This document shows, in pieces, positions 48,321 through 62,500 of a DNA stretch of 64,000 bases. The DNA lies in assembly GCA_977020255.1 (NCBI GenBank), contig CDROCS010002890.1, positions 1-64,000 on the forward strand, given 5' to 3'. Position 1 is the first letter of the stretch; every line of letters begins with the position of its first letter. The notes beneath the pieces were generated by a model, which was given only the letters and a program-made list of their open reading frames with translations, had not been told where the DNA came from and did no database searches. A program made the position numbers and the translations under genes. The stretch comes from Obrimoposthia wandeli (lineage: Eukaryota).

Positions 48321-48323
48321 GGA

Positions 48324-48875
48324 ATGCTAACTCAAAAGCTACTAAAGGAACTTGTCAACTACGATATGTTGACTGGAATATTTACTTGGAAATATAGGGG
48401 CGCTGCTCACTTTAACACAAAGAGGAGTTGCGACTCATGGAACACTAGATTTTCTAATAAGGTTGCAGGCTCTAAAAAAGACAGTGACGGCAAAACTTAC
48501 CGTCGCATTTGCATAAACCATAAGCACTATAAATCTCACCGCTTAGCTTGGCTTTATGTTACTGGTAAATTCCCAAAAGAAATCATAGACCACATAAATG
48601 GTAATGGATTGGATAATAGGCTTAAAAACCTAAGATCAACAACGTTAAAGGTTAACGCTAGAAACTCAAGAAAAAGAAGAGATAATACGTCAGGAGTAAC
48701 CGGAGTAAGTTGGTCTAAACAAAAGCATAAGTGGATAGCAAAAATAGGAAGCGTACAGGTGTGTGAAAGTTCCGATATAAATAAAGCAATAGAAAAGAGG
48801 TTGTCCGAGCAGAAGCTACAGAAATTCTCGCAAGACCACGGATCTGAAAGACCTTATTATTTCAAAGGAGAATAA
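48324..48875 (+). CDS. HNH homing endonuclease (HNH_3), no upstream RNA cassette
   Basis: L..YD..TG.FTW, SHRLAWLYVTGKFP..IIDHINGNGLDNRLKNLR, NTSGVTGV. Confidence 0.92.
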   Translation: MLTQKLLKELVNYDMLTGIFTWKYRGAAHFNTKRSCDSWNTRFSNKVAGSKKDSDGKTYRRICINHKHYKSHRLAWLYVTGKFPKEIIDHINGNGLDNRLKNLRSTTLKVNARNSRKRRDNTSGVTGVSWSKQKHKWIAKIGSVQVCESSDINKAIEKRLSEQKLQKFSQDHGSERPYYFKGE

Positions 48876-48877
48876 TT

Positions 48878-49078
48878 ATGCCATCTTTTCAAGGTAAACT
48901 AATAAGCATTGAAGTTTCGGTTGATTATAAAGAGTTATACGAGCAAGAAAAAACACGCGCTGACTTATTGCAAGATGATTTAAATTCCGTCGATTTATTG
49001 CACTATGATGAATGCGAAAAATTACGCACTGAAATTGCAGAATTAAAGCAGCAGTTACGAATGAAAGAGGTTAATTGA
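48878..49078 (+). CDS. Hypothetical coiled-coil protein
   Basis: 66 aa with AGGAG SD. Confidence 0.65.
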   Translation: MPSFQGKLISIEVSVDYKELYEQEKTRADLLQDDLNSVDLLHYDECEKLRTEIAELKQQLRMKEVN

Positions 49079-49080
49079 TT

Positions 49081-49611
49081 ATGGCGAATGATTCATGGAG
49101 AACACCACCAGAAGTATTTGATACTTTAAACAAAGAGTTTGTATTTTTTGCTGATACAGCTTGCACATATGAAAATAAACTTTGCCCTGTCGGATTTACC
49201 GAAGAAAGCGATAGTCTATCAGATCCATGGTTAGCTAGGCTTAAAAATAGTTATCCTTATATTGGTGGTAATGCTTATGTTTTCTGTAACCCACCATATT
49301 CAAATCCTATGCCATGGGTAAAGCATGTGCTGAAAGCTCAGTCTGACGGTCTTGGTGTTGTTATGGTTCTTAACGCTGACACTAGTGTAGGTTGGTTTGC
49401 TGAAGCGCTTAAAGGCGTTAGTGAAATAAGAAATATTATTGGTGATGAAAAAGAAAACGGTACCTATTCAAGCGGAAGATTAGCTTTTGTAAATGACGAT
49501 GGTATGCCAATAAGCGGGAATAACAAACCTCAGTTCATACTTGTATTTAACCCGTTTAAAATCGGCGAGCAAGCAACAATTTATGTTCACAGAAATAGTT
49601 TTTATAAATAA
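49081..49611 (+). CDS. dam: Phage DNA N6-adenine methyltransferase (T1 Dam-like)
   Basis: DSWRTPPEVF..L..EF...D.AC, FCNPPYS catalytic motif, GRLAF. Target site not determinable from sequence. Confidence 0.88.
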   Translation: MANDSWRTPPEVFDTLNKEFVFFADTACTYENKLCPVGFTEESDSLSDPWLARLKNSYPYIGGNAYVFCNPPYSNPMPWVKHVLKAQSDGLGVVMVLNADTSVGWFAEALKGVSEIRNIIGDEKENGTYSSGRLAFVNDDGMPISGNNKPQFILVFNPFKIGEQATIYVHRNSFYK

Positions 49612-49621
49612 GGTACTCACT

Positions 49622-49846
49622 ATGATTTCAATCACAGAAAACCGCACCCACATTAAGCAAATGAAAGACGATTATGAAATTGAAAGCATCAAGAAGACAG
49701 AAATTGCTGACTTTGGTGTTGAAATGGGTCGCTTACGATTAGCATTCATTAAAAAGGACGGCGGCAAAGTTTACTTTTATTTCGTCAATGGTATCGATAA
49801 AGCGATCGCTGACTTACTTTTAATTACTGAAAAGATGAGGCTTTGA
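49622..49846 (+). CDS. Hypothetical protein
   Basis: 74 aa from ATG 49622 with AAGGT SD. Confidence 0.65.
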   Translation: MISITENRTHIKQMKDDYEIESIKKTEIADFGVEMGRLRLAFIKKDGGKVYFYFVNGIDKAIADLLLITEKMRL

Positions 49847-49848
49847 TT

Positions 49849-50586
49849 ATGGATAATTTAACTCATGATGAATTAGCGAACAGCCTAGCTATCCATTTAA
49901 TTAATGATCAACGTATGGTTTGGGAGGACATCCCAGTAGGAAAGGTTCATTCTGTACGCCCTGACGTATTAACCATAGAAAAAAGCTATTCAAGCCCTAA
50001 CCCTATATCGTATGAAATAAAGGTAAGTGTTTCGGATTTTAGATCGGATGTAACTAAGGCTAAATGGAAGGCTTATTTAGATTTTAGCTATGGCGTTATA
50101 TTTGCCGTGCCAAAAGGTTTAATTAAAAAGTCAGATGTACCTAATGGGTGCGGATTGATAACCTTTAACGGTCAATCATGGAATACAGTTAAAAGACCAA
50201 CTTTGCACCCCGCAAAATTAAATGACGAATTATTATTGAAACTGTTAATCAGTGGCGAGCAAAGAGAAACGCAAAAACCAGTAATTAAAAATAGAGATTT
50301 TGATCAACACGTTCACCATGAAACATTACGTCAAAAGTTTGGTAAAGAGTTTCGCAGTAAGATAGCTTTTCTTGATGATTATCCAGAAAAGAAAAAGGAA
50401 TTAAAAGCATTAAAAAAAGAGTTGGCTGCACTGTTTGATATAGATGTTGATGGATGGGCTTTTGAGAGAAATGTTGCCTACGCCATAAAGCAACTTAAAG
50501 TCATGGCTGACGAATCAGAACGTAAATTAAAGATAGCTAACGAGCTTGGGTCAATGAGAGATAGTATTAGCGCAGGCCTGGGATAA
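49849..50586 (+). CDS. MmcB-like PD-(D/E)XK nuclease-domain protein
   Basis: H.ELA..LA.HL, RPDV..I.KS....P..YEIKVSVSDFRSD...KW..YL......FAVP.GL. The C-terminus is likely clipped by a sequencing error (the first copy ends AGLDRIINKYTNN). Confidence 0.75.
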   Translation: MDNLTHDELANSLAIHLINDQRMVWEDIPVGKVHSVRPDVLTIEKSYSSPNPISYEIKVSVSDFRSDVTKAKWKAYLDFSYGVIFAVPKGLIKKSDVPNGCGLITFNGQSWNTVKRPTLHPAKLNDELLLKLLISGEQRETQKPVIKNRDFDQHVHHETLRQKFGKEFRSKIAFLDDYPEKKKELKALKKELAALFDIDVDGWAFERNVAYAIKQLKVMADESERKLKIANELGSMRDSISAGLG

Positions 50587-53500
50587 TCAATAAATATACT
50601 AACAATTAATATTCATATAAACCCAAAAATTACACTTCACAAAATCCATGTTATAATTGCAGGCATCATTATCAATCGGTGCTTGCAATGCAATCAAAGA
50701 AACAACGAGCGCACAACAAGCTCAAACAAAAACAACAATTAACCGCTAACGCAAACACTCGCGGCGGTGGCAATAGATCCAGTAATTTCGGGTATAGGCT
50801 TACAGGCTCTTATCATAATGCAGATCAAAAAAGAGACGTATGAAGGTGGCTATACCCTTCTATTGTAAACTTCTGTGCCACTGGAACATAGCCCGTTTTG
50901 GTCGTCGCTAAAGCAGGTATTCACTATTACCTAATAAATGCTGGCAAACTCCATCCAATTATTTCTGATGGCGAATACGATGCTGCTGACCGCGATTTAA
51001 CACCCTTTGAAAAAGACGTTGAAACGTTAAAAATTCGACCTATTTTTGCACGATTAAAAGGAACGGATTGGCGTAACGGCATTGGTCGTTATGCTGGCAT
51101 TATCCCGATAAAAGAAAGGCGCGGAAAACCAGATCCCACTAAACCATCCTCAACGATTGGCGGCATAGCTGCACTGATTAAAATTGTGCCTGTTCCTGAA
51201 TCACAAATAGATGTGACTGATGTTAGCACCAATTCAGACATTAGCAGCGAAAATTACGGGATGCCTAGCTATTACAACTTTAGAAATAACGTTGCAGGCG
51301 ATCGAAACCCTATTGATAACAACGAAATTCAATTAGACCCTAGCCGTGTATTTATATTTGCGGAAGGTGCTGATGATGGGTCTATTTTTGGTATTCCTGC
51401 AAACGAGGCGGGTTATAATTCGTTAATGGATATGGAGAAAATTTGTGTCGCTGGCTCAGAAGGTTTATTTAAGAACTCTAAGCAAAGAACAGTGGTTAAT
51501 GTTAAAGATAGTCAAGTGGCTAACGTATTAACTAATGACCCAAGAAATACTTTTGGATCAATCAGCAGATTTGCCAGCGGCTTCGATGCTTACGCCACGA
51601 CTTACGGTATGGACGCCACTGCTACAATCAACGCTATCAGACCCGACTGCACCCTTTTTCAACTCATTAAACTGTTACGCGGCACGCTTCAAATTCCTGC
51701 GTCTGAATTGATTGGTGTACAAATGAAGCTATGTCAATGAAACAGCATTAATCACTAACACCGCAGAAAGTCGCCGAGAAAATACACTTTCACCGATGAT
51801 CATTAGATTTAGAATACTTCGTTGGACGGGAATACCAGCGCCCACTAAAATGAAAGTAGTTACCTGGGGCGAAATTATCGAACCAACTACAGGTGAAAAA
51901 TTAGATAACAGTGGCTGATGTTAATAAATTGGTGACATTTGATACTGGCATGGGCGAACCTACATTCACCGAAGAAGAAGTGCGCAAAGGCTTGGTATTC
52001 GAAGAAAAGCCCGAAGCACTAGGTGGTTAAATTGGCGAAGCGAAGATGACGAAGACCTAGTAAAAGATAATGAACAACCCAAGTGGCCTGCAATCAGTAT
52101 TAATCACTAGCCAAGAGGTTAGTGACGATTTCCGCGGATTATATGGGGTGGTATCTTGCGCCGTCACCATTTGCTGCTTTTATTACCATGCTAGCAATCA
52201 ACAAGGTTCTTCGCGAAAACCATCGATAATTAATGTTAAAGTTGGAAGCCCAGTAATTCCACGGAAAGCAGAAGATCCAGCTCATCAATTTCTGAACCTA
52301 CGCAACAATGCTAACGCGCAATTAACGAAACGCTATAAAAAACATTAAGCGTGGTATTCGAAACGTTGATCGCAAGCTTTGAACCTGTACTAATTACAAA
52401 CAGCGATATTGGTAACTACAAAATAGCAACGTAGGCGTTCATTGATTCTGACAAGAAAACAATGCATTATAAAACTATTCACAGCGCTATCAAAGTATTA
52501 ATTCCCAGCATTGCTGTGCGGTGAATTACTAGATAACCAGCAAGGAGCATTTACTAATCGCGGCCTTTAACGCTAATTTAACGAGTGCTTATACTGATGG
52601 TACGGCAGATGCATTGCAATCATCTAAAAACATCGCTGTGCCTGCTGTGGTTGGCGTAGAAATATCGCAACAACTTCGCTACGCAGTTAAGAACAAAACA
52701 GTATTAGCCCAGGTCAAAATCGTGCGTCGGCTGGTCCATGCTCTCGCTGTATTTTAGCCGGAATGGATTGAACGAAGTGATTTAGCAAATTTTGTCTGCA
52801 ACGTTGGCGCGATCACCCAGGTGCAGGCATTCGTGAAGTTACCGCGATGATGGCCCGTGTTGATGTGTCTCATAATAGAGCTAAACGAATTGCACGTACT
52901 GAGATACAATGCTTATCGTGGTGCCTCAGCGACCGAGACGACGAGATAAAAAAAAACGTATACGATGATAGTGAATGGCATATGGTGTCGCTGTGGTGGT
53001 CAGCACTGCGTCTCTACCACTTGGAAAACCCATTCCGCTAGGCACTCGAACACACCACCCAAGAAGTTAGGCATCTTTAGCGTAAATGGAAACGCGATCT
53101 TTTGCTTATGCTCGCAGTCTCCCGTATTAGCAAATAAACGCACTGGTGAAATACTCTCAGAAACCACTACAAGAGGATGAAGAAACAACGAAGCTTGGGA
53201 GAAAGCTCACGGTATATCAATGCGCTGGGAGGGATTAATTACCCTGACTGTCATCGAACAGCGCACCTCACAGTAACGACGTCAATTTTGAGCAGTTCTA
53301 TGATCGTATATGTCATGCTTATTTAACAAAAGATATTTGAATTTAAGTCAAGAACAACCTCTGGGTATATAGAAACAGCCCAGAAGTTAATGCTGCCGAA
53401 AACGCAAAAGATACAGCAAAACAAAGGTTTTCGTAGGTCGCTAACACTAACTTGCCACTGCCAGATTGCAACCGGCTCTATGATACTTTTAATGCTTCAC

Positions 53501-56500
53501 TTGACGCGAAAGAAAGATTCACATCTATTGCCGGAACAAAAACTCCGCTGTAAGTTGAAGATAATGGGCGAGTGAACATTAATAGCGCATCTTTCGCTAA
53601 TTTTGAAGTGGCATTATGGTATCGTGGAGCCAAAATTGATCACAAAGATAAAGACAGGCTGAATTGTGGACAACACCCCGGCGCGAAGCAAGTAAAAACG
53701 AAAATGCTTAGAAATCACCTATTACCACCAAATAATATCATGGTTTTACTGCGTGCGTGGCATGAATATGGAAGAGTCGGCAAGGTAGGTCAATTTCATG
53801 GTGCTGTTTATTTTGTATAACAACTGCGGTTAACTGTATTGCATACAAGGAGTTGCTACACAGTACCAAAGATGTTGCACACAACAAAAAGCTTTATCGT
53901 GAAAATTAAAGCAACCATTCACAGTGTGGCGTTTTAATATATCACCCCATTTGTTTGTTAGTTGTTTAAATCAATCATGATCACCATAAACCCGTTGTCT
54001 TTTCTTCGTCTTTCTAGGCTGGAGCTTTTAGTTAGTAAATAACCATAATAAATAAAAATGGCGCACCACCGTTACTACATGAACTCCACATTATTTTATC
54101 AACAGAAATCATGGCAACCATCTGCAAATATATTCAATTTCACCTTTCTATTTTTTATGTGTTTAAGAAGTTTATTTTTGGTTTTCAGCTTGGGCTTTCT
54201 ATGAGTTTTAACTTATCGATTCATCAACAACCATCTTTATATATCCTTGGGTTAATTTAATCACTATTTGGTCACTACGTTTTCACATCTAAACCCCATC
54301 CTACCTCCAGGTCATGGCTGCTTTAATTCAGTCCTCAAATAGTGCCTCTTCAACCACTGATATTACGTACTTATTTCGCCTTGGTACATTACAAACATAT
54401 TCGCACCAAATCTGCATTGTTAATGGAAGTCATTAATTATACCTACTTGTTGAGTTATTTCAATTAATCTGTAAGCACGTCAAGCGGTTCTTGTGCCAAC
54501 TATCGCACCTCTTGAGCCAAGTTAATTAACTTTTCAAGACCGCTAGCCTTTTACCTTAATCTGCATTTACTGATAACTATCTGCATTTGTATTTTAGTCA
54601 CCCATCTCTTTATTTAGTTATTTAACCAGCTTATAAAACATTTCCAAGCCGACTTTTCTTTGATGCCACTATCATTAAGCAAAATTTTAACGACTCTTGA
54701 TAAGGTGATTTAAGCCACACTAACACGCTAACCCTGCCATTGAGGCATCAGTCAAGCCAATTGTTCCCCGGTGCTGCGTTCCCATAAGTGCTTTGCGGGC
54801 TTGGGGTTTTGCTTTGCCGAAATCTCCATTAGGATTGAGGCCTTTGCTGTGCCGAATTCATGACTATAATTCCCGAAATAAGTTAATACTCGCTAATACA
54901 GCCACTAAGCACAGGCGTTAGTCAATAACGCTCTTTATCAGTGGTCATATTATCTGAACTTTATTGAATCAATAATCGCCTTTTGGCTTAATGCAGGTTC
55001 CATTGATTATGAATGGAAATCTTCATGTTGATCTCGCCTCTTTGCTGAACTTTAGCCTGCCTTTGAATTCATCTTTTATGATATCAAACAATACTTTTTT
55101 ACTCTACAGGAACCATGCCCAACAAACACACCTTCCGGCATGAAATTAAGCCGAAACGCTATTATCAACAGGGTAGGTTTTTGCCATTTTTTTATTTGCA
55201 AAGACCTGCTATTGGTTACGTTTTCGTCATATTTTGAATATGCGCCACCAACTTCTTTTTACTGGAATAGTAATCGCTAACATCTTCAGCAATCATCGCT
55301 TGATAGTTGAATTAAATGGACTCAGCAAGCAAACTTTGGTCACTTCTGCAGGTAAAAGTCGAACCGCTTCGGTCGCGGTCAAGTCAAAACATTGCGCAAA
55401 TTATAACCGCTACTTTATCATTTATAAACCGCCAACAAATACCTTTAGTATCACAGCTTCTGCACTAAAGCAGTAACTATTTTGTGCATTATTTACATCA
55501 TCTGGTCCAGTGCAATCTACAAAGATATGACATTTGAATCTATAAGGATAAACCAGTGATCGCAATGAAACTTCGCTGGCATCACCATCATCAATGTAAG
55601 CATCTTTTAAAATACATCAACGGTTACAGCGCTCTTAGTTGTGCGCATTTATCACCACCGCCAGCAATCAGCTTCATTTTTAATTTATAAACCAAGGCGG
55701 CACAGTAATTAGTAATGCCAGCTTATAACCTCGCCATATTTGCTAATAGAGTCTGCACCACCACGCTTACTTGATTCGCCTTTAAATATTAAAGCGATAG
55801 GTCCATTGCGCCCGCTAAAGACTTCATTTTTAATACTCCGCTGCTTTCCATTTTACTTACGGTGAAGCTTTGTAATTAACAGCGTTTTGCAATATTTCGC
55901 GTGTTGCCTGAAACCCCAATTACAGTTTGCGCCGATTGGTAAATATATCTGCGCTTTTTATTTGTGTATTCATAAAATCTCTAAATGTAATTAAGTAACT
56001 GAACTAAATATAATCATAATTAAACGTAATGCAATACACATTAACAAAAGGCTGCAATTAAGCAACCTCGTTATAATTTAAAGCGGCTGGGGATTGGCCC
56101 ATTATGATGCTTGCCTTCACTGTGATCAAGCGCCATCGCACAAGAGGAGAAAAGCAGAGTACGCGGTACGATTGCGGGCTTTGACGCATGAGCGTTAAAG
56201 CAGCAAGGCGCGAACATTCAAATCGGTGCCTGTTGTCTCCCGACGGCAAAACCGCCTTGCTGCTGCCCCTTGCTGGCGTTTACATTCTGCCGAATGGCTG
56301 AAGCTGTGTTGCTGCTGGCCTTGCTGTGCTGGCTGCCAGCAATATAACCATCACTTCAAGTCGTAAGTGTTATCCATGAATAGCTTAATATATGTCTGAC
56401 CATCTTTTTCGCTTACTTGTGAAATAAATCTTTAGTCACTGACAAATTTCATCAAAAATGTCGATAACCAACGCGTCATAATCAGAGTAAATAGCCAGTT

Positions 56501-59500
56501 GTATACGTTTTCACCGCTTGTCTGATCCTAACCCAAGAAACATTGTTGAATTGCTTAATCTTTACCACAACACCAGCTTTGATGAATGGTGCTTTTCTTA
56601 ACTCGCCGTACTATATGTATGGCACTGTAATTGAGGTGGCACTATTAAAAGTTATTTTAATTTGGATCATCAGTAACATCGTCAACATTGCTCTGTGTTC
56701 AACGTGCTGCTGGGCTGGCAGGTACCACTTCTTCTATTGGATCTTTCTTGTTTAATTCTCAACTGCCTGCGCTGATGACCATAAAGAGATTTTAACGGTA
56801 ACATTTTGCATACTGATAGCCAAGCTGCTTTTTACTCACAAATTGAGGCTAATTGCATTTGATTTCTAACTGATCGCAATCGCCGACCAACCCAGTCAAT
56901 AATGGCTTTACCAGTTTCAGCACCAAGATATGTGGTACCTTCACCACCAAAAACAAGCTTCCTTGTGCAGTTGTTGATTCATGCCCTCATTGAACATCAT
57001 CACACTTGCTGTCATTTCATACATGAAGTTCTTTTTCACATGTGCTGCTGAACACCTAAGCAGGTTTTGATGGCGAGGAAAAATCAGTTTTCTCTGCTGC
57101 ACGAATACAACAAATTACATGCATATCGGAGTTAAACAGTCATCAAATTTTTTGTGTTCGGCCTTGGCTTTTTTCCAGTCTGCCATTTTTACCGCGCAAT
57201 AATGGTGCCTCTGCAATTTCCATGCAGCCAGACCCCATTCGTGGCTAATCGTCAATGATCACTATACGCCTGCCGCCTGAACTTTGTTGCTGCGCGCGTT
57301 CTGTAACGGATAAAACAGATCACTGACCCGAAATGACCGTCTAATTCATCAGCGTATAATGATCCGCGACGATTCAGCATTCAAGAAGTTTACCCCTGCA
57401 TTATCAACCATGCGCCATATACAAAGCGGTTATCAAGCTTCGCTTCCAGATTGACCAGCAAACTTCGATTTTTTGAACCAGTCGAGCTGCTGGGCGAATT
57501 CAATATACCATGGGTTAGCTAGCACATGCTTGCTAATAATAGCTTTTATGTTTTATTTTGTCCTGGTAGTCAGTATTAGCCAAATCAATTGGGGTTAAAA
57601 CAAACTGCTGCCGTCTTTAAAAATGTATTTAATATTTGAGCTGTTTGGAATCTCTGAGCGGCCACTTTCCTTACCATCAGGCTTAACTTAAGCCCCCGCA
57701 TGGCTGGAGCTTAACGCCACAAAACGCTCGCATATCTTCCGTCATAATTAAAACCCATATCGCCATTCAGGCGTTGGCAACTCCAACTGCCGAATCGTTA
57801 TAGCCGGCCACGTCATCATTATCAAACACAGTTTTTATGATATCAAGCGCAAATTATTGTTCACGGCCAATTTGTGGCCATATCCGTCATCCAATATAAT
57901 AGGTATAAACGGGCTAGATTCTGCTTGTGCTAACAGTCCCATTTTAAATGATTGACTATATGGGTGTTAATACGTCACAAACGAACGATTGTTTCAACCA
58001 GTACCCTTCCTCATGTGCTTGTCTCCCAAACGCATCACCTCGAATATCACGAGTTTGTTTTATAATCTGGTACTACCATTTTTGGTTACAATATCAGGGC
58101 GAATTTTTACCTTGTTCATTTCGTCATCACCAAATCCCCTGCATACTTACTCATACCAAACGTGGCACCGTGAAATAATTTAACATTAGCAGGATCGTTA
58201 AAAACAATGTTTTGCGCCAATAATATTTGGTCAATTGCCTTTAACCATCGTTTTACCGATTGAATTATATTCCTGGAGTATCACTTCAAGTTGGAATATT
58301 TAACGTTCTCGTCGCACTCAAGCGCCAACTGACTAATCTATTAAATGGCCAACGTGTAACCCGTTCGACCTGCTGCTTTTAAGTAAGCTTTTATTGCCGC
58401 ATCACTAGTCAAAATGTTATCTTTAGTGATTTTTCGCAAAAGACTGTCGAATAATTCAGGTTCTAATACTGCGGCATGGCTTGCGATAATGCAACGCGGC
58501 AATTTCCTTTACTTTCAAAAACAAAGGTATTTAACGTCATGAATTACACAAAGTTGTGAGAGCCGCTAACGCCGAACTTTTCGCCATGGTAATCGTCATT
58601 TGCGGTTCGCCGTTAGGGGGAATACTTGAATGTTTCGGATTGATGTGATCATTATTTTCCTCCATGAATTTCACTGTTTCACTCAGCGCACTTAATCATA
58701 TCGGGTCGCTTCGTAGGGGTTCGGGTTGTCAGTCACAGGTACTTTGATAAAGAAAACCTCCTTTGGTCAAATTTTCCTACAATCTGAGGTTTACATATTG
58801 GCACAATCTTTGACGTGTCATTTTCTGGCACCGTCCAGATGTCGAAGAGGTGCTGTTGTACATTTTTGGTGGCAACCTTTGTCGATAAGGTCTTAGCTTC
58901 GCCTTCTGTATGAGCTTAGGCAGCCTACTAAGTTTCCATACTTTTTCAACTTGAAGCCGGCAACGCTGCCACTCTGGACCTTCAGTTGACCAATTATGGT
59001 CGGCCACTTCCAAGACGTGTTACTTCATCGCAGCTCGTTCATTTTGGTAGCTAGTTTGCCGCCTTTCTTTGTAAAATTTGTGGTCCATAACCTTACCTTT
59101 TATTAAATAACATTATTTAAAAACTAAACAAGATATTAAGTAAACTTAATAGTCAATAGTGTTATCGAAGTCTGAATACTTTTAGTGAGTCCGTAGGCAC
59201 AATGCACGTATAACCCAATGATTCAGCCTGCAATAAAACGCCTTGCTTATCGATGAATCCTGTTTGCGACCGTCAGCTCCACATAAAGCCCATATCGCTC
59301 ATTTGCGGAACCATGACCAGCCAGTCGGGTACGCCTTTTTTTGGTGTCCACCATAAGCGAAGACAGCCATATTGAGCGCTACCACTGCCGCCGCTCTTCA
59401 TTAATTACGTGAAACATCATGTGCGATAAACTGTGGGCAAAATATTACAGTGCGAATTGCTGTTTTTGCTCGGCGTTTTTAGGTGACTTAACTCGGCGTT

Positions 59501-62500
59501 TAATTGCTCATCCCAATAACATAGACCCCTGCGCGATTTCTTTGGCGATTATCATGATCACCTCGTCGGCTACCCTTTATCACCTTTATGTTTTACCATT
59601 ATTGAATCGTAAGCCATGAACGATACTTTTAGCTCCCACTCTATGAGTTAGCGGTTGAGAAACATAAGCCAGACAACTTGAAATACCATTGATAGCATCT
59701 TCTGTTGGTATGGATACCCCGTAATATGTCGCCTAACAAAGCTAGATGTCCACATTCCAGCACCAATCTTGATTGATTGACCAACACATAAGCGTGGGCT
59801 TTTTCTCTGTCTCGTCAACATGAGAAAATACATAACTTTGATAGTATCTTGGCTTTTACCATGACTTCAACAGTCATTTTAGCACAGGCTTAAAGTTCTG
59901 CTGAATAATGCTGGCGCTGCTGCATTAGATATTCTACTTACATTCTTTGGCTGCAATATCGCATTTTTCGCCACAACCTTTTGATACCAATAAATAAGTT
60001 ACGCAACAAATCTTCACACACTTGAAACCAGTGATCACAAGCATCATTACAACAGCGTCTTCGTACGCCATTCAATTTCATTACAACAATCCTGAAAGCC
60101 GAATGCGGCCATGGCCTCTACCGGATTTTCATATTGCTGATAAAGTGATGCTACCGTGCCAGAAATTCATCACTAATGAACTTTACAATGCCTTCTAACT
60201 GCTTCTTTTTTTAGTTTACGGCGACCAAGGGTTTACAAACTATTGAACCTATTCGGCGTAGTATAACGATGGTGTCTATCATGGGCCAACTAGGAAGACC
60301 TGCGTTGGCGGCGGTATTTACCTGCTTACGCTTACTAAATTAGCAAGTAGTTACCCCATCTGGTAACGATTGCCCATGCTGAATCTGCTATGATCTGTTA
60401 CTCTCCATATGATGAACCAACACAAACAAGTAAAACACCGTTTCTCTCGCTAGCAATTCTTACCACATCTTCCATGTGACGGTATTTCGGTCTTATCGTG
60501 CATTTTATGCAATCGGTTGTCACGTAATCGGGCCGTTGAAAACTCGTTAGCTTTTTTTAAACATCACCAAGATCAAACTATTTTCCGTACAACCAAAAGT
60601 GTCAGTAACCATTACCGACAAGAAATTGACGGTCTATTACATTCGCCTAAAAATCGGTTATTCGACCATCGAGCTGGGCACCCGACCGATAAAATAACAA
60701 TTAACATGAACATGGCACGAAAGTGATTTAAGCCACCTTCATAAAGTCGCTATCAGGATTATTCAAACGGAGTATTGTAACTCCATCAATCTGTAAAACG
60801 TGCAACTTAATCTTTAAACTTTACCACAAGCAGCAGTAAACTGAGCCAACTGTCAGCAATCACGGGAAAATGTGCTGATTTTCTGCCAACGTACGCGAAA
60901 TAAGAATTCAGCTTCCCAACGTTTCACCCGTCCTGCATAGTTAACTCACCAACGGCAGTTAATATCATTGAGCGACGCCAACCGTGCAATGCCCGACATT
61001 ACGCCATCATTAAGCTTTTTACCACTGATGCTGGCGCTTTATGCAAGCCGCACCAATAGTTCTTTTTCGCTAATGATTTAAATTTAATGTGATCTAACGT
61101 TACTAACTAAGGACGCCTCGAAAATCATTATCGTTGTATTTTTTGCCTGCAAGTATTTATTCATGATGGACCACCTTTAATATGTTTGGGTTTTCAGCTA
61201 AAGATTACCAACTATCAACTAGTCACGCTTGATAATCCCAATATGCCACAAAGATAACAACCACTATCAGCGCAGTATTCAAACGTGAACGGTTCATATA
61301 ATATCCACTGATGTAAACATCACCTTCATAGATATCCTCTGTTGATATCTTGCATGATGAATTGCATTAGCATAATCATCACAATTAATTTACAAAGCTT
61401 CGCTGGTATTCATCTTGCATAATTTGTCGCTAAGTAAAAGTTAACCATTTGTGTGCTTCATGCCATGCCTTAATCTGGCCTCTGCGGCCTTTAACGCTAA
61501 CAGTCGCGCTGGGGATTAAATACTTCGTATATGTGTGCAATTTCATAGTCCTCTGTTTAGCCGCAGATTACTTAAAAGCTAATGCCAACTGCTTAAAAGT
61601 TTGAAATCATGAGGGTCAAACATGCATACAGTGCAAAAATGTTTCTGGAATCAGAAAATGGTTAACACTGCTGCCCATTCACCAAAATGAAATGCACAAA
61701 CTTCTTATTGAAAACTTATGTCGAACCCTTCGTCCGCACGCTAAAGCCTCAATAATCGCTTAACTTGATGAAGTTATAATACTTGGAGAGCGCTAAACAA
61801 TGACCGTTAATTTCTGTGCAACCATTTAATACATCGTTAACCGTTTCTTCTTTCACCTGGTTAAGGAAATTTTGACCTGCTTGGACATAGTACTGGCACG
61901 AACTAACGTTCCATTGCTATCGATTATTTACTGCATCACGAAGCCTGATATTCAAATATTCTGAATGACTGACATCAAATGCGCCATAACCGAAATGCTA
62001 AGCGATGGCATCTATCTAAAGAAATTATTCTGCACCAACCACAACAGTAAACGTCATCTGTCACCATTATCTTCAATGGAAACAACTTCCACCTTCGCAA
62101 AATTTGATTCCTGTGGCCTTTTAGTTGATAACTTTACAAATAAGGCATTGTTGAAGAGTCAGATCATGAATACCTCATGATATTAATTACCCATCCTGTT
62201 CTGTTGTTGTCTACAAGCAAAATTATCTGGTTATTAGTTCTAACTGACCTTTTTCGACGGTCACCAACAACGTACTTATCTTTAACAAATCATCAAGCGT
62301 TATATATACCCAACAACTGCCAAGTAATTAATCCATGCTTAACGCTGGCATAGTTTATATGTGCGCCAATCCCGTAACCTCAACCTTCCTTTCGGTGCTA
62401 TAGATTGGGTTATGTTGTAAATACAGACAACGCCTTTTCCCGTGTAAGCTTACATGGCTGTATATACAGTCCCGTCGCCAAATCCCAGCGTGACAACCCC

